From positions 124,001-188,000 of IMG/VR virus record IMGVR_UViG_3300023257_000007: DNA of 64,000 nt; one strand, 5' to 3'. Below, piece by piece: positions 47,820 through 56,645 of this stretch. The translations under genes were made by a program, and so were the position numbers. The notes under the pieces were generated by a model, which was given only the letters and a program-made list of their open reading frames with translations, made no database searches and was not told the DNA's origin. Positions within the stretch are counted from its first letter, which is position 1. The number at the start of each line of letters is the position of its first letter.

Positions 47820-50800
47820 TTATTGAAAACCTACTGATACTTGTGATTGTGTTGATATATAATTAGCCGTTCTGTGTTGTTTCATATTAAATATCAAAGT
47901 AAATTGGAACGGTCTAATACTGTTCTCAGTTTCTACAAATATTTTCAACGGTCTCTTTAATATACGTGAAACAGGTTTTTCAGTTGGATTTATAGTAAAT
48001 GAACTTCCACTTACAGCATCAAACTTAAAATATAAATTTATTGGTATAATCATCTCTTCTTGACCATTTATTAATTTCAACTTTTCCTGTCCTGTGTCAA
48101 TTAAATCTGATATATCTATAACTAATGGATATATACTAGATAAAAATGCATTTTGGTTTGTTAATGTCCCATCAGTCCAACTAATACCAGTTAACAAATT
48201 GAACGTATAATCATCTCTAGTAAAAGTTGTCCCTGTTAATCCAAGATTTGAACCATATGTTCCACCATCAGCATTTAACCAATTATAAGCAGTTGCTTTA
48301 TCAGACTCTGTTATACCTGAATATAAATTCTGTCCGTTGTGATTATCAGAAAACCAAAGAAATTGATTGTCTTCTTGATTATGTAGATAACCATCAGCAT
48401 CAATATAACAGGATGAATCATCTGTAAATTGAAAGAAACTATTTGTTCCACCAACTGTATAATTTCTATCAGAAAATAAACCTAATGGGTTATTTTGTGC
48501 AATATTCTTCAAACTAATATAATAATCTTTTATAACATAAATATTATTATAATAAATTCTATCTGCAGTAGCACCACTTATTTCTCCATAATCTTCACAT
48601 TCAACTATAATATTAGTTTCCGAATTATTACCAATTTCAGTTTCTGTTGTACCTTTAAATAATGTAACAAGAAGTTCACCTTTAGCTCTACTAACTTGTT
48701 CTTCTAAAGAAGATATCTTATTTGTTAATGTTTCTAAATAATCAAATAAATTAATTAAATTACCTTGAGCATCTCTAAATGACGTTGCCAAAGTTTTATC
48801 ATTATGTGCATAATAACTATCATTTTGAGTAAAACTATCTCTAACGTGTCTATAAACACCTTTAGCATCCATTTCATTATCAAATTCAACTCTTACTGAT
48901 TCTTGACTATTTTGTAATGTTATTAATTGAGAATCATCATTAGTGTTTTCATATTCATCAGGAAAATCAATCTTAACAATATCCGACCATTCTGATTCAA
49001 TCAAAGCATCGGGCCAACCAACCTCAGAAATAGATTTAACTTTTATTTCAATAGATTCATTTTCCTTAATGGGAATATCTACTTGATTTATATTTGGTTT
49101 TTCTGCATTTGCAACATCTTCAACAACCCAATACCACACATTTTTGGTACTATCAAAACTTCTCTCTCTAGGTTTTGTTACATATTCTTTCCAATTAGAA
49201 AAGAAACCATTAGTATTTTGTGTTTGTAATATAGTTTGATTACTTAAAGGTATTTTTTGACCAGATGCAGTTGTTATAACTGTATTAGTTGGTGATGGTG
49301 TCATACCAATAGAAGGTGCATTAATTTGTGAACTTCTAGGAGTAAATTCAGCACTACTACTTTCAGGATTATTTATAACCGATCCACTTGTTGTTGGATC
49401 TGGTTTTAAGTTTGGTTGCGTTAATAAACTTGTATCAATAGTTAAACCTTGTTGACCAGATAAATCTTCTAAATTCACAGTAGGTTTAATATCAAAACTC
49501 TCTATTGGATTAGTTTGACCATCTTTAGCACTATATCTATACTGAATTTTAAATGCAACCACATCTTGTATTTTATCTTCAAGACTTCTAGCCATTGGAA
49601 TATCAAAGAAACCTCTTAATCTATATTTAGGGCTTGCAGATAAAGTTGTAACAACATTAGAAATTTGATTAACAATTGAGCCATATTGTTTAGATTCACT
49701 CTCTTGTTGTGTTATAAGTCTATTTAACTCATTTTGAGATTTATTTTTTTCACCAATACTTTTATATTGTTTTGTGTTTAATTCTTTATTTTTTTCAATA
49801 ATAGAATCATTTAATTGGTTTAATCTAGACTTAATAGATTCTTTTCTTGTATGTAAATCTTTCTTTTCTTTTGAATTTCCATTATCTGTAAGATGTTTAT
49901 TAATTTGTACAACTTTAAAATTATCTATTTCCAATACTGGTTTATTTGGAATTAATGCCTCATCAGTTGGTGTTTGTCTTCTTATTAAATCTTTTAATAA
50001 TTTACCATAATCATATATATTATCTAAATAATAACTTGTCAAATCTATCGTATTATCCGTATTTAATACTAAATCATTTGTATAAAATGCACTACCTTGA
50101 GACCAAACACTACCAATTATATTATTATCAGTATTTACAGGTTTCATAAATACAAGATTATATTCATTATAACCCACACCAATATTAACAGATTTATCTA
50201 ACTCACCAGCTGAGTATATCTTTAAAACATCTGTTCCAACAGGAATAGGATCATAACCTTCAACTCTTTCAACTATTATCTTAGGCGTAGATGAAGCTTT
50301 ACTAATTTCAATTATTTTATATCTAGTATTACTTTCTTTTTTATTTATTATTATTTCATCATTAATAGATAATTCTTTATTAACACCATCTTTAGTTCTA
50401 TAAGTTAGAGTATTTAAGTGATACCAAAATTTCTTTCTTATTGTATCATCCTCTGTATTTAAAACACTAAAAAAACCAACATTATTTAATGTTTGTAAAT
50501 TAATATCATAAATATCTTCATCCAAATATTTATAAGGGTCCAAATTATCAACAACACCTGGTTGAGCCAAGTACCAATTAATAAAAGTGTCATAATTAAT
50601 ATCTGATTTATTCAAAAATGTGTCTATAAAACTATTTAAAGAATTTCTTCCTGTCTCTGTTAATTGTCCATAACTACCAACTTGAAATTTTACAATATGT
50701 CTCCTTACCAAAACTTTCTTATTCCTATCATCAATTTTACCAGTTAAATCAAAATTTACATGTATGTTAGGGTTAATTAATTCTTCGAAAAACCAGTTAG

Positions 50801-51170
50801 TTTTACTTTCAAATTTATCAATGTTATTTAAATTACTAATAGGTACAGGTTCTCTATTAAGATCAACTTGATAGATCTTTTTTGTAGTTTGTCCATCTAT
50901 AATATAAGTTGAACCTTGACCTTCTCCGCCTGTTAATTTTTTAATATTTTGATTTAGTAAATCTATTTGTGATTTCAAATAACCAACTGTAGGCATCTGA
51001 AATGTTGAATTAGTATAATTACCACTATTATCTTTTATCACCCAATCAACTGTTACATTACTATCATTAGTTGATAGTAGATCATTTATTGATGATAAAA
51101 TTTCTATACTATTTTTATTAAGAATAGCAATATCTTCTAATAATTTAACAAAGGAATTTTCTTGACTCAT
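47820..51170 (-). CDS. Large putative virion/baseplate protein with coiled coils
   Basis: 1116 aa; late-type promoter TTTAATATATAA upstream; S/T/P-rich insert near 49230-49420. Confidence 0.5.
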   Translation of the reverse strand: MSQENSFVKLLEDIAILNKNSIEILSSINDLLSTNDSNVTVDWVIKDNSGNYTNSTFQMPTVGYLKSQIDLLNQNIKKLTGGEGQGSTYIIDGQTTKKIYQVDLNREPVPISNLNNIDKFESKTNWFFEELINPNIHVNFDLTGKIDDRNKKVLVRRHIVKFQVGSYGQLTETGRNSLNSFIDTFLNKSDINYDTFINWYLAQPGVVDNLDPYKYLDEDIYDINLQTLNNVGFFSVLNTEDDTIRKKFWYHLNTLTYRTKDGVNKELSINDEIIINKKESNTRYKIIEISKASSTPKIIVERVEGYDPIPVGTDVLKIYSAGELDKSVNIGVGYNEYNLVFMKPVNTDNNIIGSVWSQGSAFYTNDLVLNTDNTIDLTSYYLDNIYDYGKLLKDLIRRQTPTDEALIPNKPVLEIDNFKVVQINKHLTDNGNSKEKKDLHTRKESIKSRLNQLNDSIIEKNKELNTKQYKSIGEKNKSQNELNRLITQQESESKQYGSIVNQISNVVTTLSASPKYRLRGFFDIPMARSLEDKIQDVVAFKIQYRYSAKDGQTNPIESFDIKPTVNLEDLSGQQGLTIDTSLLTQPNLKPDPTTSGSVINNPESSSAEFTPRSSQINAPSIGMTPSPTNTVITTASGQKIPLSNQTILQTQNTNGFFSNWKEYVTKPRERSFDSTKNVWYWVVEDVANAEKPNINQVDIPIKENESIEIKVKSISEVGWPDALIESEWSDIVKIDFPDEYENTNDDSQLITLQNSQESVRVEFDNEMDAKGVYRHVRDSFTQNDSYYAHNDKTLATSFRDAQGNLINLFDYLETLTNKISSLEEQVSRAKGELLVTLFKGTTETEIGNNSETNIIVECEDYGEISGATADRIYYNNIYVIKDYYISLKNIAQNNPLGLFSDRNYTVGGTNSFFQFTDDSSCYIDADGYLHNQEDNQFLWFSDNHNGQNLYSGITESDKATAYNWLNADGGTYGSNLGLTGTTFTRDDYTFNLLTGISWTDGTLTNQNAFLSSIYPLVIDISDLIDTGQEKLKLINGQEEMIIPINLYFKFDAVSGSSFTINPTEKPVSRILKRPLKIFVETENSIRPFQFTLIFNMKQHRTANYISTQSQVSVGFQ

Positions 51171-51289
51171 TTTGAAATGAATTTATTTTTTATTATATAT
51201 TAAATTGAATCAATTAAAAGAAGGAAAATGATAATTATTATTTATCATAATTTTACGCCATTTTTAGCTAATGATAATAAGTTAAGTAA

Positions 51290-52045
51290 TTATAAATGCG
51301 GATCAAAATTAAAAAAAGTTATCTGTTCTTCTATTATTCTAAAAAAGAATTTTACTTCATTATTTTCTTTGTCAACATTTGTATATGGTGTAACTTTTTC
51401 AATCCAAGATTTATCTTGTGCAAAATGTATTAACGATTGGTTTAAAAGTGTTTCATCTTTGTGATCTTCTTTAAATAAATCTAAAGACATAGTTTTACTA
51501 ATTCTTAATTCATCTAATATTTTAACTTCAGATTTTACATTAGACCACCAATCCACAAAATCTTTTTTAACTTGATGTAATAAATTTAAATTCTTAAGAT
51601 TAGAATCTTTTAATCTCAACTTAATTGATTTAACACATTGGTGTCTTGGAAAATCATACCTTAAAAATCTATCATTAATTTTAAATTTCCCTATTTTATA
51701 GACTAGATTTTTTATACTATTATAGAATCCATATTCTAAAATTTTATTCTTTATACCTATAAAAAATGATAATTTATCGTCTTTAATACTTCTTAATGTC
51801 AAAAATGCAGTTTCTAAACTTTTCTTCATTTCTAATTCACCAAGTAATTCATTAATCTTCGTTATTCTATCAGTTGAAAAAAAATAGTAAAAACTACCAG
51901 TATTTAAATAGTTTTGGAAAGCAAAATCATTACCATGTTTATTAACCAAATCAAAAAAAATTCTAAATCCTTCTTTACCAGCTAACAATGGTTCTATTTG
52001 TATTTGTTCATTTATAAATTGTATATATGTATTAATAACTTTCAT
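51290..52045 (-). CDS. Hypothetical protein with CTS-like leader (MKVINTYIQFINE)
   Basis: 251 aa; ATGA coupling. Confidence 0.65.
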   Translation of the reverse strand: MKVINTYIQFINEQIQIEPLLAGKEGFRIFFDLVNKHGNDFAFQNYLNTGSFYYFFSTDRITKINELLGELEMKKSLETAFLTLRSIKDDKLSFFIGIKNKILEYGFYNSIKNLVYKIGKFKINDRFLRYDFPRHQCVKSIKLRLKDSNLKNLNLLHQVKKDFVDWWSNVKSEVKILDELRISKTMSLDLFKEDHKDETLLNQSLIHFAQDKSWIEKVTPYTNVDKENNEVKFFFRIIEEQITFFNFDPHL

Positions 52046-52377
52046 AATAATCCAAGTTTAATTGCTTCTATTTTTGTATTTAAATCATTAATATTTTTAA
52101 TATCCTCAGATTTACAAAATACATAGTTCGATTCACCACCCAAATTCTCTTCAATGCCAGTGTATGTTATTAAATTGTAATCTAGTTGATAAATTATACC
52201 TTTTATATAATTTTTAAAAGATTTTGGTTGTTGATCTGAATAACCATGCCCATCTTGCCAATATATCTTATTATTGAAAAACATTTCTTGCAATCTATAA
52301 AATTCTGATTTATCACACGATATAATTAAATATTTTTCATTCGTTGTTCTTTCATTATATGTTTTTAAATACTTCAT
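52042..52377 (-). CDS. Hypothetical protein with CTS-like leader (MKYLKTYNE)
   Basis: 111 aa; ends IEAIKLGLL. Confidence 0.65.
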   Translation of the reverse strand: MKYLKTYNERTTNEKYLIISCDKSEFYRLQEMFFNNKIYWQDGHGYSDQQPKSFKNYIKGIIYQLDYNLITYTGIEENLGGESNYVFCKSEDIKNINDLNTKIEAIKLGLL

Positions 52378-52862
52378 TAATAACTTTCATATCCATAAAC
52401 ACTATTCAAATATTCCTCTTTACTTACTTTTGTTTCTTTACCATTTTTGTAAATATAATACTCACTTGGTGCAGTTTTAATTTTATCTTCATTAACAAAA
52501 TTATTATATCGCATAATATTATTCTCATTATTCATGCCTGTCTCACCAACTAATGAATTTGGACTGCTTTCATCACTTCTATTAAATTTCTGATCATAAT
52601 CAGCATTTACAATAGATTTTTCATAGAATTGATCTACAATAGCCTTAGCAATATCATAATCACCTTTACCAATATTCTCATCGAATATTTTTTTGATTCT
52701 GTTCTGATTTTCAGCCATCATCATATTAAGAAAATCGTTAGCTTCCTGGTCATTATACTCAGTACCAGCATCTCTCTTATTTTCTTTAATGATATCCTTG
52801 ATAATTTCTTGGATAGTCTGAAATTTATTGTCAACTTCTTTTGGTGTGAATTCTGTATACAT
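52377..52862 (-). CDS. Hypothetical protein with an internal leader-like motif (MRYNNFVNE)
   Basis: 161 aa; TTTTATATATAC upstream; internal ATG at 52514. Confidence 0.6.
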   Translation of the reverse strand: MYTEFTPKEVDNKFQTIQEIIKDIIKENKRDAGTEYNDQEANDFLNMMMAENQNRIKKIFDENIGKGDYDIAKAIVDQFYEKSIVNADYDQKFNRSDESSPNSLVGETGMNNENNIMRYNNFVNEDKIKTAPSEYYIYKNGKETKVSKEEYLNSVYGYESY

Positions 52863-52964
52863 ATCTTTTAAATTTTATTTTCATTCAACAGTATATATAA
52901 AAATTTAATTGTAAACTAAATATCCAATGATTAATATAATTTTAAATAAAAGAAAAACATACAA

Positions 52965-54596
52965 ATGATCACAATAAACGATCTTAACATACACTTCCCA
53001 CTAAAACTTATACCAAGAAACCAACAAATAGAATCACTACATTTTGTTAAAGAATCAATTAATACTGGTAATAAATTTGTACTTCTTAATATACCAACAG
53101 GTGTGGGTAAATCATATTTCGCAATAATGTTTATGAACTGGTATAGAAACTTTGTTAATGAAGATGCAAAATTTGATATTTTAACAAACTCTAAAGTACT
53201 ACAAAACCAATATATAAAAGATTATGTTTTTATAGAAAATTTTAAAGGTAGAAGTAATTATAAATGTGAACCTTTTAACACAGACTGTGAACAAGGAAAA
53301 GAATTATGTTCAATTATGAAAAGAAAATGTTCAGATTGTCCATATGATATGGCAAAAGAAAAATGGAAAAACAGTAATATCTCACTTACAAACTTCCATT
53401 TATTTAACACAATTGCATTATATTTGCCATCTTTATTAAAAGAAAGATCTTCTAATGTTCTATTAATAGATGAAGCACACGATTTTGAAAATGTTTTTTG
53501 TGATTTCATTTCAACAAGATTAAATGTTAGAGGTCTTAAAATGATGGGTTTTACATTATCAGAATTAGAAAAAATAGACAAACAAATACAAAAAGTAAAA
53601 AGGATTGACCAATATGTTAATTTACTTGAACGAGTTATAATACCAGACTTAAATGAAAAAGATGTACTATTTTCAAAAGAGGTTATAGAAAAATCAATTA
53701 CATCAAAAAGAAAAACAGAAATAACTAAATATATATCTCAAATACAAACAAACAAATTAAAATATAAAAACTTTATCGAAGAATTCAAAAAAAATAAAAA
53801 TAACTGGGTTCTAGATATTAATCTTAACAAAAAAGCCAAAATATATTCCGGAATTGAATTAATAACACAACCAGTATGGGGTAATGAATATTTAAAAGAA
53901 TCTATATGGGATAAATATGACCATGTTATATTTATGTCTGGCACCATTCTAAATAAAGAAATGTTTAGCTATATAAATGGACTGGATAAAGAAGTTTCAA
54001 CATATTATGAAATGAATAGTCCATTTTCTATTAAAAGAAGACCAATATATTATATAAAAGCTGGTAAAATGACTTATAATGAAAAAATAGAAACATTCAA
54101 AAATCAAAAAGAATGGATTAAAAAAATTATAAAGAAAAACGCTAAAAGAAAAGGTATAATACATACAACTACATATGAATTCGCAGATATGTTAAAAACC
54201 CAAATTTATAACAAAAGATTAATTTTTCATGAAACAAAAAACCGTGAAGAAATGTTAAATAAACATATTGATAGCAAACAACCGACAATATTAGTAAGCC
54301 CAAGTATGAATAGTGGTGTTGATTTAAAAGATGATTTAAGCAGATTTCAAATTATAATGAAAATACCTTTCCCAAATATTAGTAGCAATAAGATTAAGCA
54401 AAGACAAAAAACAAATAAAGAATGGTATAACTGGAAAACATGTGTTGATTTTATTCAATCTTATGGTAGGTCATTGCGATCTGAAGAGGACTGGGCTGAA
54501 ACGTATGTACTAGATTCTAGTTTATCAACGTTACTTAAATATAATAGTAATTTAATTCCGAGATATATCACTGACGCTATTAAAGTTCTAAAATAA
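52965..54596 (+). CDS. DinG/XPD-like SF2 helicase
   Basis: PTGVGKS, Cys cluster (CEP...C...C...CSDCPY), DEAH, MSGT, GVDL, KIPFP, QSYGRSLR. Confidence 0.85.
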   Translation: MITINDLNIHFPLKLIPRNQQIESLHFVKESINTGNKFVLLNIPTGVGKSYFAIMFMNWYRNFVNEDAKFDILTNSKVLQNQYIKDYVFIENFKGRSNYKCEPFNTDCEQGKELCSIMKRKCSDCPYDMAKEKWKNSNISLTNFHLFNTIALYLPSLLKERSSNVLLIDEAHDFENVFCDFISTRLNVRGLKMMGFTLSELEKIDKQIQKVKRIDQYVNLLERVIIPDLNEKDVLFSKEVIEKSITSKRKTEITKYISQIQTNKLKYKNFIEEFKKNKNNWVLDINLNKKAKIYSGIELITQPVWGNEYLKESIWDKYDHVIFMSGTILNKEMFSYINGLDKEVSTYYEMNSPFSIKRRPIYYIKAGKMTYNEKIETFKNQKEWIKKIIKKNAKRKGIIHTTTYEFADMLKTQIYNKRLIFHETKNREEMLNKHIDSKQPTILVSPSMNSGVDLKDDLSRFQIIMKIPFPNISSNKIKQRQKTNKEWYNWKTCVDFIQSYGRSLRSEEDWAETYVLDSSLSTLLKYNSNLIPRYITDAIKVLK

Positions 54597-54603
54597 ACAA
54601 GAA

Positions 54604-54627
54604 AACCTCCTATTAATATAGGAGGTT
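54604..54627. terminator. Terminator between convergent genes
   Basis: AACCTCCTAT-taat-ATAGGAGGTT. Confidence 0.65.
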
Positions 54628-54630
54628 ATA

Positions 54631-54996
54631 TTATTTATTGTATGATCCTGTGTTTGTCCAATCTCTTTTAGTTACCAATCCTGTTTGTTTTTTAAATTCT
54701 GTTTCTTGTGTTATTGATAAATTTTTATAACCATTTACAAGATTTGTAACTTTATCTAAACCTTTTTGATATGTTTCATCCGTTTCATCTTCAAATTTTT
54801 TATACCATTTTTTAGTAATAGCTGACCACATAGGTTCACTACCCACCTCCGGATGATTTTCCTTATAATCTTGTAAATATTTTGTGCATTCTTCATAATC
54901 ACCACAATTATCTATGTAATCCAACACATCTTGTAAATCATTATCATCTTGTAAATCATTATCTTGTAAATTTTCAAATTTTTTTAAGTGTTTCAT
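54631..54996 (-). CDS. Hypothetical protein with CTS-like leader (MKHLKKFENL)
   Basis: True start probably 54996; upstream AAAAAAAACGATT is shared with the 646 gene; LQD(D)ND mini-repeats. Confidence 0.65.
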   Translation of the reverse strand: MKHLKKFENLQDNDLQDDNDLQDVLDYIDNCGDYEECTKYLQDYKENHPEVGSEPMWSAITKKWYKKFEDETDETYQKGLDKVTNLVNGYKNLSITQETEFKKQTGLVTKRDWTNTGSYNK

Positions 54997-55030
54997 AATC
55001 GTTTTTTTTTTGTTGTCATTTGACATATAT

Positions 55031-55651
55031 TTAAAATTTTTGGATAAACCAAAAATTATCTCTTCCCCAAGTGGTCTTTACAATTTTCCCTTTAGCTTGT
55101 AAATCAGTTAAAACATTATTAACATCAGCTTCAGAAAAACCAACATGACCAGCAATAGTATAAGAACTCATCTTAACACCTTTATCTTTCATAACATGTA
55201 AAACATCATTACCTATTTCATTAATATCTTTAGAAATACCTTTAGTTTTTCCTAAAGTATTTAAACCTTTTGGTCCTTCACTTTGTAAATCATTAATAGT
55301 CTTAGAAATACCTAAAACTGGTTTTGCAATAGCTGGTCCTTTAGCTTTTGTATCATTCAATTGATCTAAACTATAACCTGGTTGATTACCTTCAAATTTT
55401 TGAATAAATTCAAATTTATCGTGTCCTAATATATTATTCTTAACGATATGACCACCGTCTTCTAGACCTTTTAGTATATTGTTAACTTGAGCTACAGTAA
55501 CAGCACCACCCAAAGCGGTTTTAATTGACATAGCAGTTGCAGGAACGCCTTTATCTTTCATTGCTGATATAACTTGATCTTTTAAATCACCTATTTCTTT
55601 TGCTACTTTATTAGCTTCTGTGATAAACTCTGTTAATGTTTTAATTTTCAT
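55031..55651 (-). CDS. Tandem winged-helix (Z-alpha-like) protein with CTS-like leader
   Basis: Leader MKIKTLTEFITE|A; two similar domains each containing MKDKGV...VNN(I/V)L..L...G.IVK...F.FIQKF. Confidence 0.6.
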   Translation of the reverse strand: MKIKTLTEFITEANKVAKEIGDLKDQVISAMKDKGVPATAMSIKTALGGAVTVAQVNNILKGLEDGGHIVKNNILGHDKFEFIQKFEGNQPGYSLDQLNDTKAKGPAIAKPVLGISKTINDLQSEGPKGLNTLGKTKGISKDINEIGNDVLHVMKDKGVKMSSYTIAGHVGFSEADVNNVLTDLQAKGKIVKTTWGRDNFWFIQKF

Positions 55652-55696
55652 AATAACAATTATTATTTTTTCTTTTACTTATATATAAAAGTTAAA

Positions 55697-55755
55697 AATT
55701 CATTTTTTTAATTCAATACTATATATAAAATTCGATTACCTAAAATTTTTAAACT
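55697..55755. repeat. 59-bp exact direct repeat, copy 1, containing a late-type promoter
   Basis: aattcatttttttaattcaatactatatataaaattcgattacctaaaatttttaaact, identical to 56531..56589. Confidence 0.95.
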
Positions 55756-55756
55756 A

Positions 55757-56530
55757 TCATAATTTTATATTTGGAAATAGGTTTTTAACATTATCATAAT
55801 AAAGATTTCTAATATCATCTATAGATATATTAAATTCTTCTAATAAATTAGTTGGAGAATGTTTAGTTTTACCTGTCAGAACATCTTCAAAAAAATTTAA
55901 TTTTTCGTCTAATAAAGTTTTAAAATCTGATTTTTGTCTTTTTGCCATTTTATTTATACCTCTTAAGTATGCTAAAATTTCATCTGGTGTGATGATTTTA
56001 TTTAATAATCCATTTTTTTCTTTAATCATTATGTTATATAAATGTTTATTATTATAAGTAATATTATATCTTTTAGATAATTTATCATTATAATCTGATT
56101 TAACCATGTCGATTATTTCATCTGTAAAGTATTTTTGGAAATGTGACATTTCATGATCAACTAATTCAGATATTTTATAAGATAATTCCTCATATATTTT
56201 TTTAATATTGAGTGGATTTAATTTAATTTCTTCAATAGGAATACTAAATGTTATTACACTTACAAATATCATAAAATTTGTAGTTTTTGGTAAAATTTGA
56301 CCACCAACTTTAACTGAATAATTATCACTTTTTTTAAAATTGATATCAATATCAAAATAAAATCTAATATCATCAAATTTTTTTTCCTCTTTAATTTTTA
56401 TACTCTTTGAATCATTAATATTTTCAACATTCTCAATTATATCAACACATTTATTAAAAAAATATTTTTGTAATGATTTTCTAATCTCTCTCTTTAAATT
56501 AAAATATTCGTAATATTTAATATACTTCAT
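55757..56530 (-). CDS. Putative zincin metalloprotease (HExxH) with CTS-like leader
   Basis: MKYIKYYEYF leader; ELVDHEMSHFQ and a downstream helix DEILAY. Confidence 0.55.
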   Translation of the reverse strand: MKYIKYYEYFNLKREIRKSLQKYFFNKCVDIIENVENINDSKSIKIKEEKKFDDIRFYFDIDINFKKSDNYSVKVGGQILPKTTNFMIFVSVITFSIPIEEIKLNPLNIKKIYEELSYKISELVDHEMSHFQKYFTDEIIDMVKSDYNDKLSKRYNITYNNKHLYNIMIKEKNGLLNKIITPDEILAYLRGINKMAKRQKSDFKTLLDEKLNFFEDVLTGKTKHSPTNLLEEFNISIDDIRNLYYDNVKNLFPNIKL

Positions 56531-56589
56531 AATTCATTTTTTTAATTCAATACTATATATAAAATTCGATTACCTAAAATTTTTAAACT
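56531..56589. repeat. 59-bp exact direct repeat, copy 2
   Basis: Abuts the ATG of 55757..56530. Confidence 0.95.
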
Positions 56590-56645
56590 TATAACTCTTA
56601 TTAATATATATTTTTCGGAGAAACACATAAAATTCAATAAATATT

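Noticed and set aside
55697-56589. 59-bp repeats as a CRISPR array or IS ends
   Set aside because: There are only two copies, they are direct rather than inverted, they are separated by a whole gene, and the enclosed ORF has no DDE or recombinase motif.
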